Origin: Candidatus Nitrosopumilus koreensis AR1
Lineage (GTDB): Archaea > Thermoproteota > Nitrososphaeria > Nitrososphaerales > Nitrosopumilaceae
Direction of reading: 5' to 3'
Assembly: GCF_000299365.1 (NCBI RefSeq)
Contig: NC_018655.1
Location: 180,001-212,000 of the forward strand
DNA: 32,000 nucleotides
How positions within the stretch are numbered: the first letter of the stretch is position 1; each line of letters opens with the position of its first letter. The notes beneath the pieces were generated by a model. That model saw only the letters and a program-made list of their open reading frames with translations, had not been told where the DNA came from and did not search any database. This document shows, piece after piece, positions 26,728 to 32,000 of this stretch. Position numbers and translations under genes: made by a program.

Positions 26728-28215
26728 ATGATTGAGAAAGTACTTATCGCAAATAGAGGAGAAATTGCTCTTAGAGTAATCAGAACATGTAATGCATTAG
26801 GTATAAAGACTGTTGCGGTATATTCTGATGAAGATTACAATTCTTTACATGTAAAGAAAGCTGATGAATCTTATCATATTGGTGAAGCAGCTCCTGCAAA
26901 ATCATATCTTAATCAAGAAAAAATTCTTGAAGTAATGTTGTCTTCCGGAACAGATGCTGTTCATCCTGGTTATGGCTTTCTTTCTGAAAACGATGACTTT
27001 GCAAGACTATGTGAAAAAAATAAAATCACTTTCATTGGCCCATCTGCTGATTCGATGAATCTGTGTGGTGATAAGATGGAATGTAAGGCTGCAATGTTAA
27101 AAGCTAAAGTTCCAACAGTTCCTGGAAGTCCAGGACTAGTAGATACTGCCGATGAAGCAGAAAAAATTGCAAATGAAATTGGTTATCCTGTACTCTTGAA
27201 ATCCGTTTATGGTGGTGGAGGTCGTGGAATTAGATTAGTTACTAATGATAAAGAATTGCAAGAAGGTTTTGAAACAGTAACATCTGAATCTATTTCTGCT
27301 GTAGGAAAATCTGCAATTATTGTTGAAAAATTCTTAGAAAAAACAAGACACATTGAATATCAAATGTGTAGAGATCATCATGGCAATGCAGTCCATCTAT
27401 TTGAGAGAGAATGTTCCATTCAAAGACGAAATCAGAAATTAATTGAACAAACCCCATCACCTGTCGTAGATGCTGCAAAAAGAGAAGAAATTGGTGAATT
27501 AGTTGTTAAAGCAGCAGAAGCTGTTGATTATACTAACCTGGGTACAGCAGAATTTTTGAGAGCAGACTCTGGTGAATTTTATTTTATTGAAATTAACGCA
27601 AGACTACAAGTAGAACATCCTATCAGTGAAATGGTTTCAGGATTGGATTTTGTTAAATTGCAGATTGATATTGCAAATGGAGAACCACTTCCATTCAAAC
27701 AAAAAGATCTAAAGATGAATGGTTATGCAATTGAATGTAGAATTAATGCAGAAGATACCTTTTTGGACTTCGCACCTTCTACTGGACCTGTTCCAGATGT
27801 GACAATCCCAGCAGGACCAAATGTTCGATGTGATACCTATCTTTATCCTGGATGTACAGTATCTCCATTTTATGACTCATTAATGGCAAAGCTCTGTACA
27901 TGGGGACCAACATTTGAAGAATCTAGAACTAGAATGCTTACTGCATTAAATGATATGTATGTTGAAGGCGTAGAAACATCCATTCCTCTCTACAAAACAA
28001 TTCTCAATTCTGAAGAATACAAAAATGGAGAGTTATCTACTGACTTTTTAAAACGTTATGGTATGATTGACAGATTAACTGAAGACCTTAAAAAAGAAAA
28101 AGAAAACAAGAGTGAGGCTGCTTTGGCTGCAGCTATTATTCATTCTGAATACTTCAAAAATAGAATTCAAAACGACAGCACTAGTAGTGCAACTTGGAAA
28201 AACAAACTGGATTGA
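26728..28215 (+). CDS. accC: Biotin carboxylase subunit of acetyl-CoA/propionyl-CoA carboxylase
   Basis: KVLIANRGEIALRVIRTC, HPGYGFLSEN, GGGGRGIRLV, ECSIQRRNQKLIEQTPSP, FIEINARLQVEHP. Confidence 0.95.
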   Translation: MIEKVLIANRGEIALRVIRTCNALGIKTVAVYSDEDYNSLHVKKADESYHIGEAAPAKSYLNQEKILEVMLSSGTDAVHPGYGFLSENDDFARLCEKNKITFIGPSADSMNLCGDKMECKAAMLKAKVPTVPGSPGLVDTADEAEKIANEIGYPVLLKSVYGGGGRGIRLVTNDKELQEGFETVTSESISAVGKSAIIVEKFLEKTRHIEYQMCRDHHGNAVHLFERECSIQRRNQKLIEQTPSPVVDAAKREEIGELVVKAAEAVDYTNLGTAEFLRADSGEFYFIEINARLQVEHPISEMVSGLDFVKLQIDIANGEPLPFKQKDLKMNGYAIECRINAEDTFLDFAPSTGPVPDVTIPAGPNVRCDTYLYPGCTVSPFYDSLMAKLCTWGPTFEESRTRMLTALNDMYVEGVETSIPLYKTILNSEEYKNGELSTDFLKRYGMIDRLTEDLKKEKENKSEAALAAAIIHSEYFKNRIQNDSTSSATWKNKLD

Positions 28216-28221
28216 TGATTA

Positions 28222-28734
28222 ATGAACTATAAGATACCTGACATTGAAAAATCATTTGAAGGGAAAATTGTTGAAATCTTAGGTAACAATGACTATGTAA
28301 TTAAGATAAATGACAAAGAACATCAATTACGAATTCTTAATATGAATGCAAAAGGAATAGAATTCATTTTAGATCAACAATATCATAAAGCAAAATATCT
28401 TGAAACTTTAACCAACGAAATGAATCTTGTAATTGATAATGTTCCAATCACACTAAATATGAACACACATTTTGATGAGGTTGTTTTCAAAAATTCAGGC
28501 GGTGCTGCTGCTGGTGGTGCTCAATTGGCACTCAAAAGCCAAATTCCAGGCAAAGTTGTATCTATCGCAGTTTCCGAAGGTGATTCAGTTAAGAAAGGTG
28601 ATGTTGTTTGTACTTTAGAATCAATGAAGATGCAAGTTGCAGTAAAAGCACACAAAGACGGTGCTATAAAAAATCTCAAAATTAAAGAAGGTGCAACTGT
28701 TGCAAAAGGCGATGTTATTGCTGATTTAGAATAA
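28222..28734 (+). CDS. accB: Biotin carboxyl carrier protein subunit
   Basis: Biotinyl domain IPGKVVSIAVSEGDSVKKGDVVCTLESMKMQVAVKAHKDG with ESMKM motif. Confidence 0.92.
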   Translation: MNYKIPDIEKSFEGKIVEILGNNDYVIKINDKEHQLRILNMNAKGIEFILDQQYHKAKYLETLTNEMNLVIDNVPITLNMNTHFDEVVFKNSGGAAAGGAQLALKSQIPGKVVSIAVSEGDSVKKGDVVCTLESMKMQVAVKAHKDGAIKNLKIKEGATVAKGDVIADLE

Positions 28735-28750
28735 AAAAGAAATTGGTTTC

Positions 28751-29215
28751 CTATTTTAGGAAATTTTTAATCTCTTCATAGTTTGGTTCTTTTAATGGAT
28801 CTTCTGAAACCCATTTGTAACCAATCTTTCCGTCTTCCATAATTATAAAAACAGAACGTTTAGCTGCATTGTAGTCTTTTATGTGAAGCAAATCTTTCAT
28901 CAATATGTCGTAATCTCTAATTGTTTTGCTATTGTAATCTCCCAATAATGGAAAATTGAATTTGTGTTTTTCTGCAAATGCTTTATTTGCAAAAGGACCG
29001 TCGTTACTGATTGCTATTACCTGTGCACCCATGTCGGCAATTTCTTGCCAAGAATCTCTAAATGTACATAGCTCAGTTTCACATACTGGAGAACTTGCTG
29101 CAACTATGAATGAAAGAACGATTTTTTTACCTTTGAATTCATCCAAAGTCCGCATTTTTAGTTCTGTATCTGGAAGCTCAAAATCTGGAGCAGTATCTCC
29201 GATATTGACTGACAT
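28751..29215 (-). CDS. Peroxiredoxin (BCP/AhpC-like)
   Basis: GDTAPDFELPDTE, VAASSPVCETELCTFRDSW, AQVIAISNDGPFANKAFAEKHKFNFPLLGDY. Confidence 0.88.
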   Translation of the reverse strand: MSVNIGDTAPDFELPDTELKMRTLDEFKGKKIVLSFIVAASSPVCETELCTFRDSWQEIADMGAQVIAISNDGPFANKAFAEKHKFNFPLLGDYNSKTIRDYDILMKDLLHIKDYNAAKRSVFIIMEDGKIGYKWVSEDPLKEPNYEEIKNFLK

Positions 29216-29241
29216 GATCGCATTTTATCAACGTTCTATAA

Positions 29242-29280
29242 AGTAGTTTAGAAAAAATATTTTTTTTCGATCAAACTACT
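29242..29280. promoter_or_regulatory. Inverted repeat in the divergent peroxiredoxin/nuoA intergenic region
   Basis: AGTAGTTT (29242-29249) and AAACTACT (29273-29280) are perfect 8-bp arms around an A/T-rich near-palindromic core GAAAAAATATTTTTTTTC. Confidence 0.45.
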
Positions 29281-29329
29281 AAAATCTGAAACATACCTTT
29301 TTATACAAAAATCAGGGTGAAAAGCTAAA

Positions 29330-29704
29330 TTGGTCGGGGAATTAGCGGGCAATTACAGTACTGTGGTATTGATGTTTGCCTTTGGTATAGTAGCAATGGC
29401 ACCTGCATTAATTATTTCACGAATGGTTTCTCCTCGAAAACGAAGCAATCCTGTAAAATTTTTACCAATGGAATGTGGTCAAGTCCCATCTGGAGAAGGA
29501 CGAACGCATTTCATGATGCAGTATTATCCGTATATTCTCATGTTTGTAGTATTTGATGTAATGGCAATTTTCTTGTATGCATGGGGAAGTGCACTTTTGG
29601 AACTCCCAAAGAGTGCAACTTTACCGATGATGGGATTTTTAGCTATAATGTTTGGTGCAATGGCATTTGCATTGTATCAATCAGGGAGAAGAAGAATATG
29701 GTAG
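29330..29704 (+). CDS. nuoA: NADH-quinone oxidoreductase-like complex I subunit A
   Basis: PVKFLPMECGQVPSGEGRTHFMMQYYPYILMFVVFDVMAIFLYAWG. Confidence 0.9.
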   Translation: MVGELAGNYSTVVLMFAFGIVAMAPALIISRMVSPRKRSNPVKFLPMECGQVPSGEGRTHFMMQYYPYILMFVVFDVMAIFLYAWGSALLELPKSATLPMMGFLAIMFGAMAFALYQSGRRRIW

Positions 29705-29744
29705 TTTTTTATACAAATCAAATTAATGAGGGTAGGGGATAAGA

Positions 29745-30269
29745 TTGCTTAAAGACTTAGTTACACCAGAAAATGCAAATGTCTTTGTAGGAAAACTCGG
29801 GGATATTTTAGAAAGAGCAATCGATAAACCATTGGGCTACGCCATCAATTGGGGTAGAATTTGGTCACTCTGGCCTGTCCACATTGAAACAGCTTGTTGC
29901 AGCGTAGAATTTGGTGCCGCATCAAGTCCAAGATACGATGTTGAAAGATTCGGTATCATTGAAGCATTTGGATCACTTAGACAATGTGATCTAGTTGTTG
30001 TTCAAGGTACTATTACAAGAAAGATGGCGCCACGCCTAAGATTAGTTTATGATCAAATGCCAGAACCAAAGTACGTAATTGCTATGGGAGCTTGTGCAAT
30101 TACTGGAGGATTGTATTTTGATTCATACAATGTACTTCCAGGAATTGACGGAGTGATTCCAGTTGATGTCTATGTTCCAGGTTGCCCACCTAGACCTGAG
30201 ACTCTCATACAAGGATGTATTTTGTTGCAAGAGAAAATCAAGAGAATGAAGGCTAGGAAGTTTGTATAA
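29745..30269 (+). CDS. nuoB: Complex I subunit B
   Basis: ETACCSVEFGAASSPRYDVERFG, GACAITGG, YVPGCPPRPETLIQG. Confidence 0.94.
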   Translation: MLKDLVTPENANVFVGKLGDILERAIDKPLGYAINWGRIWSLWPVHIETACCSVEFGAASSPRYDVERFGIIEAFGSLRQCDLVVVQGTITRKMAPRLRLVYDQMPEPKYVIAMGACAITGGLYFDSYNVLPGIDGVIPVDVYVPGCPPRPETLIQGCILLQEKIKRMKARKFV

Positions 30270-30874
30270 TGAGTAGTAATCCTGAAAAACCAACAACAGA
30301 GGCAAAACCTGAAGAGAAAACAACTCCTCCTAAACCGGCACCCAAACCCGCAGCAAAACCTGAAGAGAAACCAGTTGAACTTCCTGCCTTTGAAAAAGGA
30401 ATTTTAGATAAACTAGTAGAAAAGTTTGGAGATAAAGTAGAAGTAGACTTTGTAAAAGAAGACCGAATTGGAATTAAAACAAGTAAAGACAATGTTCATG
30501 ATGTAGCACAATTCATTCGTGATGATCTTCATTATGATCATGCAGAATCAGTTTCAGGCGTAGATTTCCCAGCAGACAATGAAATTGAAGTAGTTTACCA
30601 TCTTGGTTCCTATACTGAATCATCCCTTGCAAAACAGATTCTTACATTATCGACAAGAGCTCCAAGAGAATCAAATCCAATCCCTGGACAAGATTCTACA
30701 AAACTTCCAAGTCTTAGAGATGTATTTTACAGTGTAGAGTTTGGTGAACGAGAAGTTTTTGAAATGTTAGGTGTTTTCTTTGATGGTCATCCAGATAATA
30801 GACGATTACTTTTGCCTGAAGATTGGGCAGACTTGCCACCACTTCGAAAGGACTTTGCAATAAAGGGTAGATAA
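30269..30874 (+). CDS. nuoC: Complex I subunit C
   Basis: FYSVEFGEREVFEMLGVFFDGHPDNRRLLLPEDWADLPPLRKDFAIKG; 1-nt overlap with nuoB; Pro/Lys/Glu-rich N-terminal extension. Confidence 0.92.
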   Translation: MSSNPEKPTTEAKPEEKTTPPKPAPKPAAKPEEKPVELPAFEKGILDKLVEKFGDKVEVDFVKEDRIGIKTSKDNVHDVAQFIRDDLHYDHAESVSGVDFPADNEIEVVYHLGSYTESSLAKQILTLSTRAPRESNPIPGQDSTKLPSLRDVFYSVEFGEREVFEMLGVFFDGHPDNRRLLLPEDWADLPPLRKDFAIKGR

Positions 30875-30876
30875 CA

Positions 30877-32000
30877 ATGACTGACATAATGCCACCAGGA
30901 TTAGCACTAAAGAAAGTAGATGAGAGAATCATGACTCTCAATGTTGGGCCACAACACCCAGGTTCTGGCCACATGAGAATTGTTGTTCAAATTGATGGTG
31001 ATTATATCGTTGCATGTGATCCAGATCCAGGATATGTGCATCGTGGAGAAGAGAAGATGGCTGAATATAGAAATTACATTACAAATGTTCCTCACTTAGA
31101 GAGACCTGTAATTCATGATTCATGTAATATTCTTTATCCTTATGTTTTAGGAGCTGAAGAAATACTTGGAATTGAAGTTCCAGAACGTGCAAAATACGTT
31201 AGAGTGATTTGTTCAGAACTAAACCGTTGTATCTATACCATGTACTGGCTTGCAATTTATGGAATTTTCTTAGGACATTCTACAATGTTCATGTGGCCTG
31301 CAGGTGACAGAGAACTCTTGATTGATCTTATGGAGAAAGTATCTGGTGCTAGAGTAACTCATGCACATTTCATTCCAGGTGGAGTGAGAAATGATTTGCC
31401 TGCAAACTTTGAAGATGTTTGTTTACGTCAAGTAAATTATTTTGAAAAACGTATCAAGGAATACGCTGCAGTGTTTTATGATAACCCTATTTTGATTTCC
31501 AGAACTAGGGACACTGGTGTATTATCACGTGAGAATGCTATTAGATATGGAACAACTGGTTCTGTACTTAGAGCAAGTGGTGTTGATTATGATCTAAGAG
31601 TAAAGGCACCTTATGATGTCTATGATGAATTAGACGTTCATACCAATGTGATGAAAGAAGGAGATTCTTATGCAAGATCTAAAGTTCCATGGCTTGATAT
31701 GATTGAAAGTTGTAATATTATTAGACAGGCATTACAAAAAATGCCAAAGTCTGGCTCTGTTCGTGCAAAACTAAAACCAAATCCCAAGACAAAAGGTCCT
31801 GCAACTGTCTACAAACGAGTGGAATCTGGTAGAGGTTCTCTTGGTTGTTATATTGTATCTGATGGTAAGCCTGAACCCTACAGAGTAAAAATGAGTGTTC
31901 CTTCATTTAGAAACTTACTTGCATTACCTAATCTTTTGATTGGAGAAAAACTAGGTAACATGCCATCTGTTTATTGGAGTCTTAATTATTGGCCAGTGGA
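30877..32000 (+). CDS. nuoD: Complex I subunit D (49 kDa-like), 3' truncated by window end; not in the ORF track
   Basis: MTDIMPPGLALKKVDERIMTLNVGPQHPGSGHMRIVVQIDGDYI...PDPGYVHRGEEKMAEYRNYITNVPHLERP; open to 32000. Confidence 0.94.
   Translation, partial: MTDIMPPGLALKKVDERIMTLNVGPQHPGSGHMRIVVQIDGDYIVACDPDPGYVHRGEEKMAEYRNYITNVPHLERPVIHDSCNILYPYVLGAEEILGIEVPERAKYVRVICSELNRCIYTMYWLAIYGIFLGHSTMFMWPAGDRELLIDLMEKVSGARVTHAHFIPGGVRNDLPANFEDVCLRQVNYFEKRIKEYAAVFYDNPILISRTRDTGVLSRENAIRYGTTGSVLRASGVDYDLRVKAPYDVYDELDVHTNVMKEGDSYARSKVPWLDMIESCNIIRQALQKMPKSGSVRAKLKPNPKTKGPATVYKRVESGRGSLGCYIVSDGKPEPYRVKMSVPSFRNLLALPNLLIGEKLGNMPSVYWSLNYWPV

Noticed and set aside
1-32000. Search for CRISPR arrays, transposases, integrases, toxin-antitoxin or other defence genes
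   Set aside because: No direct-repeat/spacer pattern and no such proteins recognised among the ORFs; the window is dominated by housekeeping genes.

Overview
Gene-dense, AT-rich archaeal chromosome segment whose gene content fits an ammonia-oxidising Thaumarchaeote (Nitrosopumilales-like); this assignment is an inference from gene content, no search was run. Contents: 5' end of the RFC small subunit gene (minus); a tightly overlapping plus-strand run gins23 - mcm - Hel308-type helicase - WecA/MraY-like glycosyltransferase - small membrane protein; a minus-strand sugar-modification cluster (acyltransferase, Trm112-like, Gfo/Idh/MocA oxidoreductase) plus ilvE; two ferredoxin-NADP-reductase-like paralogs; tRNA-Ala(GGC), tRNA-Lys(UUU) and tRNA-Asp(GUC); PadR regulator divergent from an sdhA-C-D-B operon; argH; an Ala/Glu/Lys-rich helical protein; a HemA-like protein lacking the catalytic Cys; inositol-phosphatase family protein; RFC large subunit; a Cys-rich small protein; the acetyl/propionyl-CoA carboxylase genes (beta, biotin carboxylase, BCCP); peroxiredoxin; and the start of a nuoABCD cluster. 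I found no CRISPR array, transposon, prophage or defence island. The observations most worth follow-up are: (1) three genes split by homopolymer-associated frameshifts, one of them at a dnaX-type A AAA AAG heptamer inside Hel308; (2) a HemA/GluTR paralog with the catalytic TCNR motif changed to TASR; (3) a 24-bp tandem palindrome between padR and sdhA; (4) eight GATC sites in 97 bp between rfcS and gins23-mcm; (5) palindromes upstream of tRNA-Ala and between the peroxiredoxin and nuo genes. I see no convincing wholly new multi-gene system.
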